The translations under genes were made by a program, and so were the position numbers. A stretch of 40,188 nucleotides of DNA, from NCBI GenBank assembly GCA_001793825.1, contig MGIQ01000001.1, positions 1 through 40,188 of the forward strand, in the 5' to 3' direction. This DNA comes from Candidatus Wolfebacteria bacterium RIFCSPLOWO2_01_FULL_38_11. GTDB taxonomy: Bacteria; Patescibacteriota; Minisyncoccia; UBA6257; UBA9933. The first letter of the stretch is position 1; each line of letters begins with the position of its first letter. Shown here piece by piece: positions 1 to 8,029 of the stretch. The notes below the pieces were generated by a model that worked only from the letters and a program-made list of their open reading frames with translations, did no database searches and was not told the DNA's origin.

Positions 1-23
1 ATTAACTAAACTCAATTAGTAAT

Positions 24-113
24 GGAGGCGTGCGTGAGTGGTTGAAACGAACTGTCTTGAAAACAGTTATACCCGAAAGGGTATCGAAGGTTCGAATCCT
101 TCCGCCTCCGCCA
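24..113 (+). tRNA. tRNA-Ser(UGA)
   Basis: Cloverleaf GGAGGCG...CGCCTCC-G-CCA; anticodon arm ACTGT-CT TGA AA-ACAGT; long variable arm; GGTTCGAATCC T arm. Confidence 0.97.
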
Positions 114-171
114 GAAAGGATTTTATCTAAAAAGCTCTGTCAAATTTGAAAAAATTCGCTGAAAATTTTTT

Positions 172-203
172 CCGGCAAGCAGGCTTGCCTATAGACAAGC
201 AGG
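172..203. repeat. Two degenerate tandem ~20-nt palindromic units (...CAAGCAGG x2) downstream of tRNA-Ser
   Basis: CAAGCAGG at 176-183 and 196-203; internal CTTG-cctataga-CAAG hairpin. Confidence 0.5.
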
Positions 204-320
204 TCGTCCTGTTAATAGGAGGGAGAAACACTTTACAAAAAATTATTTATAAGTTATTATAAAATGATATTAAAGATACAGAAATAAAGTCGAGTTTCTG
301 AATACAAATAAAATAATTAC

Positions 321-518
321 ATGAACGGAACTATTAAAACTCTTACAGATAAAGGATATGGTTTTATTTCCCGCGAAGGCGAAACAAAAGACCTTTTCTT
401 TCATTCTAAAGAATTAAGTGGCGTATCATATGACGAATTGAAGGTTGGCGATGCCGTTACCTTTGAAGTCGTTGAAGGCGAAAAAGGCCCAGCCGCTACA
501 AACGTATCGCGCGCGTAA
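321..518 (+). CDS. cspA: Cold-shock protein (CspA family)
   Basis: KGYGFI (RNP1), DLFFH (RNP2), KGPAATNV; 65 aa. Confidence 0.96.
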   Translation: MNGTIKTLTDKGYGFISREGETKDLFFHSKELSGVSYDELKVGDAVTFEVVEGEKGPAATNVSRA

Positions 519-530
519 GCGTTGTAAAAG

Positions 531-565
531 AAACCGCTCCGATATTATATTGGGGCGGTTTTTTT
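531..565 (+). terminator. Intrinsic terminator
   Basis: AAACCGCTCC...GGGGCGGTTT followed by T run after csp. Confidence 0.8.
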
Positions 566-634
566 AATTCTTTTTTGTATATTATCCACAGATAGATAAT
601 TTAATGTATGATATAATTTCTTTATAAGACAATA

Positions 635-1141
635 ATGAACAAAGTAATAAAAATTATATTAATAGTTATCATAATAATTTTAATAGCCGCTTTTATCGGC
701 GGGATTGTTTATTACAGAAGAATACTTAACAGGCAACATTTAAAAGATGAGATTTTAAATTCGCCCGAGGCGATATCGTTTAAAATAAACAATTTTATTT
801 TACAGCCGCGGAAAAAAGATTTTGGCAGCCAGCTTCCTCCGGAATTTCCCAAAGAGATTCCCATTGAGTCGGGCGTTAAAATTGAACAAAGTTACGGTCT
901 CAATTATCAAAATCAGAAACAGCTTTCATTGGTTTTCCAATCAGAAAAAACGGTTTTGAAAAATTATGACATTTACTATGACTATCTGATAAAGAATAAC
1001 TGGAATATCATCAATAATCATCGGGGTGAAAATATTTCTTCGCTTTATGCTTCAAAAGAAAGTCAAAAAATTAATATCACGATTTTTTATGACGAAACTT
1101 CCAAGAAAGCCAAAGTAAGCATCAGTGTTTTGGAAAGATAA
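635..1141 (+). CDS. Single-pass membrane hypothetical protein (paralog of 2109..2624)
   Basis: N-terminal TM helix; shares DFG..PP.F..EIPIE...IEQSY...Y..QKQL..VF.SEKT and SLY..KE...IN.TI..DE..KK.KVSIS.LE with 2109..2624. Confidence 0.8.
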   Translation: MNKVIKIILIVIIIILIAAFIGGIVYYRRILNRQHLKDEILNSPEAISFKINNFILQPRKKDFGSQLPPEFPKEIPIESGVKIEQSYGLNYQNQKQLSLVFQSEKTVLKNYDIYYDYLIKNNWNIINNHRGENISSLYASKESQKINITIFYDETSKKAKVSISVLER

Positions 1142-1154
1142 GTCATTAATTAAT

Positions 1155-2096
1155 ATGTTTAAAAAATTCAATCTTATTCAGATTTTATCCGTAATTATTT
1201 TAGGATTATCTATCAGCGCGGTTTTTTTTCCTTTTAAACAGGCTCAATTTAATGTTTACGGCGCCGCAGTTTGTCCGGCTTCGTGGTATGGCCAGGAAAT
1301 TTCCGCCACTGCTTATGAATACGATCCTGACCCTGCAGATGGTTGTCGGCCGTGTTTTACCACTGGCTATGTCAGATGCGACAGCATCGGGAATCTTAGT
1401 TATCGGACCATAACTTCGTATAGCGGAACAAAAGCTACAAACGGAAGCTGGGGAGTTAAAAGCGAACGGTGTTCTCCTTATAACGTTTGGCAGGCAACCG
1501 AGAGTCGAGATTCGGGCTATATATCATCAGCAGGCGATATAAACGTGAGTTATTTTAATTATCCGCAGATGAAATTTCTTAGTCCGGGAAATTATTCGTA
1601 TTTTAGCCGCTATGTTAAAAGTTATTGTAATCAAACAGACTGGGTATTTCCCCAATATACTGCCGATGGTTATCTTGATTTTAATCTTAGTAATGGGAAT
1701 TTAACAGTTAGAAATTCCCATCGCGATGGTTCTTGGAAAGAGCAGAGCGTTGCTTTTTCACTGGGCGTTCCTCCTCCGCCGCCTTTAGTCGGCACTATTA
1801 ATATTGCAAGCAATAATTCTTCATCTTCTTGGACAATTGCCGGACCAGAAATAATTACTGGCTCGGGCATTTCAGCTGCCTATACTGATAAACCCGAAGG
1901 CATTTATACGATTGTTTGGAATAATGTTGCCGGTTATACCACTCCTTCAACCGAGAGCCAAACCTTAATTGCTGGCGGAGCAATTACTTTTATCGGCAAC
2001 TATCAATTGATTTCTCCGCCTCCGCCACCTCCTCCTCCAGCGCCTACTTCTTCGCCTTCGAGTAAATTTAAATTGGAGGAGATAATACCCGAATAA
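1155..2096 (+). CDS. Secreted/surface protein: Cys-rich N-domain plus Pro-linked Ig-like beta domain
   Basis: ATG at 1155 preferred to GTG 1125; signal/TM segment; poly-Pro linkers; domain WTI.GP...G.YTIVW..V.GY.TP..E..TL repeated in 2624..3961. Confidence 0.75.
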   Translation: MFKKFNLIQILSVIILGLSISAVFFPFKQAQFNVYGAAVCPASWYGQEISATAYEYDPDPADGCRPCFTTGYVRCDSIGNLSYRTITSYSGTKATNGSWGVKSERCSPYNVWQATESRDSGYISSAGDINVSYFNYPQMKFLSPGNYSYFSRYVKSYCNQTDWVFPQYTADGYLDFNLSNGNLTVRNSHRDGSWKEQSVAFSLGVPPPPPLVGTINIASNNSSSSWTIAGPEIITGSGISAAYTDKPEGIYTIVWNNVAGYTTPSTESQTLIAGGAITFIGNYQLISPPPPPPPPAPTSSPSSKFKLEEIIPE

Positions 2097-2108
2097 AATT
2101 ATTAATTA

Positions 2109-2624
2109 ATGGAAAATCTCAAAATTAAGAACTTAATAATCGGCGCGCTGATAATTTTAGTAATTATCGCGGCAGTTATTTTTTTGAGTATTTATTGGAG
2201 AAATTATCAAAAATCATCTAAAAATTTTCAGGTTCAATCATTGATGCAAGTCGAACTCGAAGCCCAGCCGAAAGTTTACAAACCCGCAAAGACAGATTTT
2301 GGTAATAAAATCCCTCCGGATTTTATTCAGGAAATTCCTATTGAAAAAAAAGCCAAAATCGAACAAAGTTATTCTTTTGACTATTCCGGACAAAAGCAAT
2401 TGACAATTGTTTTTGAATCAGAAAAAACCATTGAACAGAACCGAAAAATCTATTCCGATTTTCTTGCCAATAATCAATGGTCAGTCGTCAATAATTATTT
2501 TGATAAAAAAATTGCCTCCTTATATGGCTTAAAAGAGAATAAGGAAATCAACGTGACGATTTCTTTTGATGAGCTGGCCAAAAAAACTAAGGTTAGTATC
2601 AGTATTTTAGAAAAACAGATTTAA
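2109..2624 (+). CDS. Single-pass membrane hypothetical protein (paralog of 635..1141)
   Basis: Same motifs as 635..1141. Confidence 0.8.
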   Translation: MENLKIKNLIIGALIILVIIAAVIFLSIYWRNYQKSSKNFQVQSLMQVELEAQPKVYKPAKTDFGNKIPPDFIQEIPIEKKAKIEQSYSFDYSGQKQLTIVFESEKTIEQNRKIYSDFLANNQWSVVNNYFDKKIASLYGLKENKEINVTISFDELAKKTKVSISILEKQI

Positions 2625-3961
2625 TGGCGATCTCATGTAAAAAAATTTTTTTAGCCACATTGTCTTTATTGGTTTTTTTTGGAACAATGGCCGTCGTTTT
2701 GGAAGATGTTGAAGCGATGATCGGCTGTTCCACCATTAATTCTTCCCAGATTAGAATTTATAAAACTGCCTGCGCTGACAGTTCTAATATTGTGGCGCGC
2801 AATGTCAACACTAATCAAACAAGTCCGACTTTAACCTGCGTCAGCCCTTATTGGAACAATACCGGCCTGACCGCGCTTTTTAATAATTACAGCAGTTCAG
2901 AGGGCCGGACATTTTGTATAGCTTCTTTATTATCCGGCGTATATCCTTCAATCAATATTAAGGTTAACTCAAATATCTCGGCTTCTTGGAGAATTACCGG
3001 TCCTCAAAATATTTATGATTCCGGCGTTTCCGGAGACTACACAATGCCGCCGGGAACTTACACTATAATTTGGGGCAGCGTCAGTGGTTATAATACTCCT
3101 CCTTCTGAAACCCTAACTGCTACCGCTTCCGGAAGTAACGCTATTATTACTTTTAACGGCAATTATCAGCCGTCTTCTCCACCGCCGCCTTCTGTTTCCT
3201 GCGCGCCGGATAAAACAGTTGCCAATACAGGAGAGATCGTCAGATGGAGCGTTATTCCTCCTTCAAGTTCGCCCGGAATCACTTATTCCTGGTCTGGCAC
3301 TGACGGTCTTTCGGGAAATACTGCGTCAGTTGATAAAATTTATTTTACCAGCGGCGCCAAAAGCGCTTCGGTAAACATAGCGACATTAGGCAGTCTTCGG
3401 CCGGCGACTTATTCCTGCGGAAACGTAAATATTGCTTCTTCGGTCGGCATCGTTAATGTTTCTTCTAATAATTCTTTCGCTTCCTGGACAATCACCGGTC
3501 CTTCAAATAAAACCGGTTCCGGATATTTTGATTCTTACGGCAATATGTCAGCAGGAATCTATACGATTGTCTGGAACTCGGTTTCCGGCTACAATACGCC
3601 AATTTCCGAATCAAAAAATTTAACTGACGGAGAAATAATAAATTTTTCAGGAATTTATAATCCAATAGCATCTGTTGCGCCTCTCTCAGTTTCCTGTTCG
3701 CCGAGCAAGACAAAAATTAAAATCAACGAAACGGTTGTTTGGACTGCTTCGGTAAGCGGCGGGATTTCTCCCTACAGCTATTCTTGGTTTGGCAGCGAGA
3801 GTTTAAGCGGTACGATCAATCCTATTGATAAACTTTATACAACCAGCGGAACTAAAAACGCTTATGTGACTGTCAAGGACAATGACGGACAGCAGTTAAC
3901 ATCCAATTGCGGCACAATAAGCGTTTCAAAAAGTAGTATAATAGAAACTCCTCCTCGTTAA
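2624..3961 (+). CDS. Secreted Ser/Thr-rich surface protein with two Ig-like repeats and two PKD-like modules
   Basis: Signal peptide; two WxITGP..YTIxW.SVSGYNTP repeats alternating with two VSC.P.KT...E.V.W...YSW.G...LSG....DK.Y.TSG.K.A.V modules. Confidence 0.78.
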   Translation: MAISCKKIFLATLSLLVFFGTMAVVLEDVEAMIGCSTINSSQIRIYKTACADSSNIVARNVNTNQTSPTLTCVSPYWNNTGLTALFNNYSSSEGRTFCIASLLSGVYPSINIKVNSNISASWRITGPQNIYDSGVSGDYTMPPGTYTIIWGSVSGYNTPPSETLTATASGSNAIITFNGNYQPSSPPPPSVSCAPDKTVANTGEIVRWSVIPPSSSPGITYSWSGTDGLSGNTASVDKIYFTSGAKSASVNIATLGSLRPATYSCGNVNIASSVGIVNVSSNNSFASWTITGPSNKTGSGYFDSYGNMSAGIYTIVWNSVSGYNTPISESKNLTDGEIINFSGIYNPIASVAPLSVSCSPSKTKIKINETVVWTASVSGGISPYSYSWFGSESLSGTINPIDKLYTTSGTKNAYVTVKDNDGQQLTSNCGTISVSKSSIIETPPR

Positions 3962-3978
3962 GCTTAAAGAAACACAAA

Positions 3979-4965
3979 ATGTCTTACGAACTTTATTTTA
4001 ATATTCTTTTAATCGCAATCGGAATTTTTGTGATTATAAAATCCGGCGCCTATGTTGTTAAGGCGTCAGTCAATATTGCCCATTTCCTCAATGTTTCGGA
4101 ATTCACTCTTTCTTTCATTTTAATGGCATTTGCCACCACTTTGCCGGAATTTGGAATCGGCATCAGCTCTTCTTTAAATAACCAACCTTTGATTTCTTTG
4201 GGAAATATTTTCGGCTCTAATATCTTAAATCTCACCTTTATTCTCGGTCTTATTGCCGTAATTGCGGGGAAAATTACCATTGACGAAAAAGATAAAATTC
4301 ACAAGAGCTGGCTTAATTTTTTTCTTGCCATTTCTCCGGTGGTTTTAATGCTGGATTTAGAACTTTCTAGATGGGAAGGAATTGCCTTAATCATTCTTTT
4401 TATACTTCACTTGGCGAAAATTTTTCACTTAAAGCAATTTATAGAACACCATCATCATTTTTGGAGCGCCTTTATCAAAAATTTCGGCCACCCGTCTAGC
4501 GCTTTAAGCGTCAAACATTTTTTCAAAAACATAATTATTTTTATTATTGCCGTTGTTTTTCTTCTAAGTTCGGCTTATTTTGTTGTTAAAGGAGTGGAAT
4601 CGGTTTCAATTAAAATCGGTTTGTCCAGTATTTTAATCGCGCTGTTTGTCGTTGCCTTTGGTACCAGTTTGCCTGAACTTATTTTTGGCCTGCGTTCGGC
4701 TTTAAGCGGAAATGGGAATCTTTCGCTTGGCAATTTATTCGGTGCTTCCGTCCTTAATTCCACTTGGGTTTTAGGAATCACCGCTCTAATAAGCCCGATT
4801 CAGATTATTGATGCTGTTTCTTTCTACGTCAGCGCTTTGGCGATGATTTTAGTTCTTTTTCTCGCAAATTTATTTTTAAAAACTTATAACTCCATTACTC
4901 GCCGCGAAGGCATTCTGCTTCTTTTTATTTATTTGGTTTTTGTTTTTGTCCAGTTTTTTATTTAA
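3979..4965 (+). CDS. Calcium/sodium antiporter (CaCA, YrbG-like)
   Basis: Two alpha-repeats ATTLPE..GNIFGSN and GTSLPE..GNLFGAS; ~10 TM helices. Confidence 0.92.
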   Translation: MSYELYFNILLIAIGIFVIIKSGAYVVKASVNIAHFLNVSEFTLSFILMAFATTLPEFGIGISSSLNNQPLISLGNIFGSNILNLTFILGLIAVIAGKITIDEKDKIHKSWLNFFLAISPVVLMLDLELSRWEGIALIILFILHLAKIFHLKQFIEHHHHFWSAFIKNFGHPSSALSVKHFFKNIIIFIIAVVFLLSSAYFVVKGVESVSIKIGLSSILIALFVVAFGTSLPELIFGLRSALSGNGNLSLGNLFGASVLNSTWVLGITALISPIQIIDAVSFYVSALAMILVLFLANLFLKTYNSITRREGILLLFIYLVFVFVQFFI

Positions 4966-5057
4966 ATTAAAAAAAGGATAAATCTTGCAAATAACGAATT
5001 ATCGCTATATAACCTTATATAGTTGTTCTCATAAAATCTAATAAGGAGGTGATTTGA

Positions 5058-5801
5058 TTGGATAAGATAAAGATTTACGCTCACCGGTGCGCAATGCTTG
5101 ATGGCCCTGAAAATAATATCTCCACTGCAATAATGGCTTTGGCTCGCGGCGCTGACGGGTTGGAATGCGATATTTTACTGACCAAAGACGGACATCCGGT
5201 AGCGGCTCATGATGACAATTTGTCGCGAATCAGCAACGGCCATATTACAAAAAAAATTTCGGAAATGAAATTGGAAGATGTTATAAAAATTTCCCTGCCC
5301 GGTGGCGTGAAAATAAATCATCTTCGTGATTTTTTGGCCGTGGCAGAGGGGTCCGCGGAAAAAATAATTTTTATCGAAATAAAAAAAATAAATTTCTCCA
5401 ATCGGCTGATTGAAGCGGTATTAAAAGAAATAAAAGCGCATCCATCGGCAAATGTAGTCATTATTTCTTTTGACGAAAACATTTTGATGAATTTTTTTGT
5501 TAAAAATCCCAATCTCAAAGTAAAGATCGGATTAATAATAGGAAAAATAAGCCAACTTATGAATCTCGAGCAGTTTCTTATAAATTATGACTGCGTTTTA
5601 ATGGGTTGGGATTCAGAAAGGTTCTGGACAAAGATGTTGTTTAAAATAGCGTTTAATTGCTTGGCCGTGAAAAAGCAATTGAAAAATCTGGATCTTGACA
5701 GGATTTATACTGGCATTGCCAGCAATAAGAAAGACTTGGAGTGGTTTAAAAAGCGGGGTTTTACCAAAATCTTTTCCGACACAATGGCGGTTATTTCTTA
5801 A
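5058..5801 (+). CDS. Glycerophosphodiester phosphodiesterase family protein
   Basis: AHR, PEN, GLECD, HD, IEIK, IISFD motifs; TTG start with SD AAGGAGGTG. Confidence 0.85.
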   Translation: MDKIKIYAHRCAMLDGPENNISTAIMALARGADGLECDILLTKDGHPVAAHDDNLSRISNGHITKKISEMKLEDVIKISLPGGVKINHLRDFLAVAEGSAEKIIFIEIKKINFSNRLIEAVLKEIKAHPSANVVIISFDENILMNFFVKNPNLKVKIGLIIGKISQLMNLEQFLINYDCVLMGWDSERFWTKMLFKIAFNCLAVKKQLKNLDLDRIYTGIASNKKDLEWFKKRGFTKIFSDTMAVIS

Positions 5802-5813
5802 ATAGCCGCCATT
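5783..5813. terminator. Bidirectional terminator between convergent genes
   Basis: AATGGCGGTTATTT-ctt-AAATAGCCGCCATT hairpin. Confidence 0.7.
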
Positions 5814-5814
5814 T

Positions 5815-7389
5815 TTATTTATGTTTTGGAGGATTGCTCCATTTTGGAGTAATCCAGAAACCCAATCGGAATTTTCCGGAAAGCATCAGCCGAGTTTGGG
5901 CATCGAGTCCCGGAAAAGCGCCGAAAATTATCATTGTTATTAAAAGTAATGGCCATTGGAGAATCATCAGGAGATATTTATGTCCGCCGTATTCAATTGG
6001 TTTTGGCGGCAAAATTATCATTGTTAGATAAGCAGAGGAGATGATGCCGATTGATGCCAAGGTCATCAGCCAGCGGGTAATTTGAGGCAGGTTATAAGCC
6101 AAAAGAGTTTGATTGAAAACTTCACCGCCCAAAAATATTGGAAGCCAGCCGAGCATAAAAATAATCAAGGCATTAGTCGACCACGACCAAAAACTTTCGA
6201 TGTAAATCCAGCTGTAATGCCATTTTTGATAAAGCGGAATTTTTTTATTTTTTAGAAAACCAAAAAGCATATAAGGGATGTTCTCGCAGCCCCAGCCCCA
6301 GCGTCTCTGCTGTTTGTATAAATTTTTCATTGTTTGCCAAAATGTTTCAGCCACATTAGCGTCCATTTTTACCGGATAATATAAAGGTATTACGCCGTAA
6401 TTACCGTTGTGATGGAATAAGCATTGCCAGAAAATCCGGGAATCTTCGCTAACCATATTTTTTTGCCAGAAATCAGCATTGATCAAAGCCCGCAAAGGCA
6501 TTGAATGGGAGGAAAAAGTCGTTAATCTGTCCGCTCTTTCTTGTTGAAGCATATGCCAGAAAGTTGCGGAAAAAGCGACCACTCGGGCAAGAGAGGGTGC
6601 CTGCCAAATATTATTGATATAAAAAGGCACGGGTTGATAGCTGAAATTTTGATTATCGGGCGTTGTTAAAAAAACATAAGTCAGCCGGCTGAAATATTCG
6701 GGGTAAACAACAGTATCAATATCAAAAGCCGAAACAATGATTTTATCGTATGAAATTTTTAGATTATCAATTATTTTTCTCTTGGTTTCTTTCCCGGCGT
6801 AAGCGATATTCGATCCTTTGCCGGGAATTTCATCAGCTAAATCTTTCGGGTGAACGGTAATTAAAAATTTATAAAATTTATCGCCGAATTCATTTTTAAT
6901 TCTTCGGGCGATCTTTAAAGCATTTTCTCCCGCGCGCTCTTCGGCTCCCAAAACCACAATCATTTTATCTTTTGGATAATTGGCACTTGCCAAACTTTCA
7001 ATTGAAGCGCGAATAGTTTCTTCCGGTTCATTATAAAAAGGCAGAATAATTAAATGGAAAATATCTTTCCAATTCTTAATTTTTAATTCTTCATTCTGAA
7101 TTAGCTTGCTGAGCCAATTTATTTTCAAATTTTCCCTGACCTTTTTAAAAGCGCTTCGCAAATGGAGCGAAAGATAAATAGTTTTCAATAACCAATAAAT
7201 ATCAAAAATAATAATGAAAAAAGCGGCGAAAATCGGCGTGAGCCAAGAAATAAAAACAACTCCTAGAAGAGTCAGCCAGGAAAGAGCGCCCGGAATAATT
7301 TCTAAAAATCGATAAATTCGCCGCTCTCGCGAGTTTTCCAGATCTTGAGATGAGGCGGCGTTAAGATAATAATATTGGGAAGGCAACAT
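5815..7389 (-). CDS. Membrane GT2 glycosyltransferase (processive, cellulose-synthase-like)
   Basis: P.YNEP, GKG.N, DID, SED, QQRRW motifs; flanking TM helices. Confidence 0.88.
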   Translation of the reverse strand: MLPSQYYYLNAASSQDLENSRERRIYRFLEIIPGALSWLTLLGVVFISWLTPIFAAFFIIIFDIYWLLKTIYLSLHLRSAFKKVRENLKINWLSKLIQNEELKIKNWKDIFHLIILPFYNEPEETIRASIESLASANYPKDKMIVVLGAEERAGENALKIARRIKNEFGDKFYKFLITVHPKDLADEIPGKGSNIAYAGKETKRKIIDNLKISYDKIIVSAFDIDTVVYPEYFSRLTYVFLTTPDNQNFSYQPVPFYINNIWQAPSLARVVAFSATFWHMLQQERADRLTTFSSHSMPLRALINADFWQKNMVSEDSRIFWQCLFHHNGNYGVIPLYYPVKMDANVAETFWQTMKNLYKQQRRWGWGCENIPYMLFGFLKNKKIPLYQKWHYSWIYIESFWSWSTNALIIFMLGWLPIFLGGEVFNQTLLAYNLPQITRWLMTLASIGIISSAYLTMIILPPKPIEYGGHKYLLMILQWPLLLITMIIFGAFPGLDAQTRLMLSGKFRLGFWITPKWSNPPKHK

Positions 7390-7484
7390 ATATGCGCTAA
7401 AATCCGGGATTGGGGATAAATATTTTGTTATATTAGCATAAATTCTTTATAATTTAAAAAGGAACAAAAGTTTTAAATAAAATC

Positions 7485-8009
7485 ATGGAACTCAATATTC
7501 TTTCTTTATTATTAAAGGCAATTCGGGGATTTCATATTTTGGGAGCGCTTTTTGGCACTGGCGCAGCAACTTTGGAGGAAATTTTATATTTTAGGGACAT
7601 TCGTGACGGAAAAATAGACGAATGGGAAGCAAGACAATTAAGAATTACTTATAAAATAATGCGCTGGAGCATAATTACCTTGATTATTTCCGGCGTTGCC
7701 ATGGTTGCCATTTTGAGATTCAAATATTCGCCGGCGGTTTTATACGATCCGCGGCTCGTGGCAAAATATATTATTGTCGGCATTATGATTATTAATGCCG
7801 TTTTAATTCAATTTAAAAAAATTCCGATGTCAATAGCCAGTCCTCTGTCACTTACTTCGTGGTGGGCAGAATCGATTTTGGGCAGGTGGCGCGGATTAGA
7901 AGCTTCGCTTTATGTTATAATGATTGGGTATTTTATCGCAGTGGTTGTTGTCGGATTAATTTTGTATAATATTAAAAAATTGGCAATGAGACCGAAAAAT
8001 TTGCCATAA
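7485..8009 (+). CDS. Hypothetical integral membrane protein
   Basis: 4-5 hydrophobic segments; first gene of the copper/NirK cluster. Confidence 0.7.
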   Translation: MELNILSLLLKAIRGFHILGALFGTGAATLEEILYFRDIRDGKIDEWEARQLRITYKIMRWSIITLIISGVAMVAILRFKYSPAVLYDPRLVAKYIIVGIMIINAVLIQFKKIPMSIASPLSLTSWWAESILGRWRGLEASLYVIMIGYFIAVVVVGLILYNIKKLAMRPKNLP

Positions 8010-8029
8010 ATTACCAGTTTAAATCATTT

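Noticed and set aside
2016-2040. CCN tandem repeats
   Set aside because: They simply encode poly-proline linkers of the surface protein.
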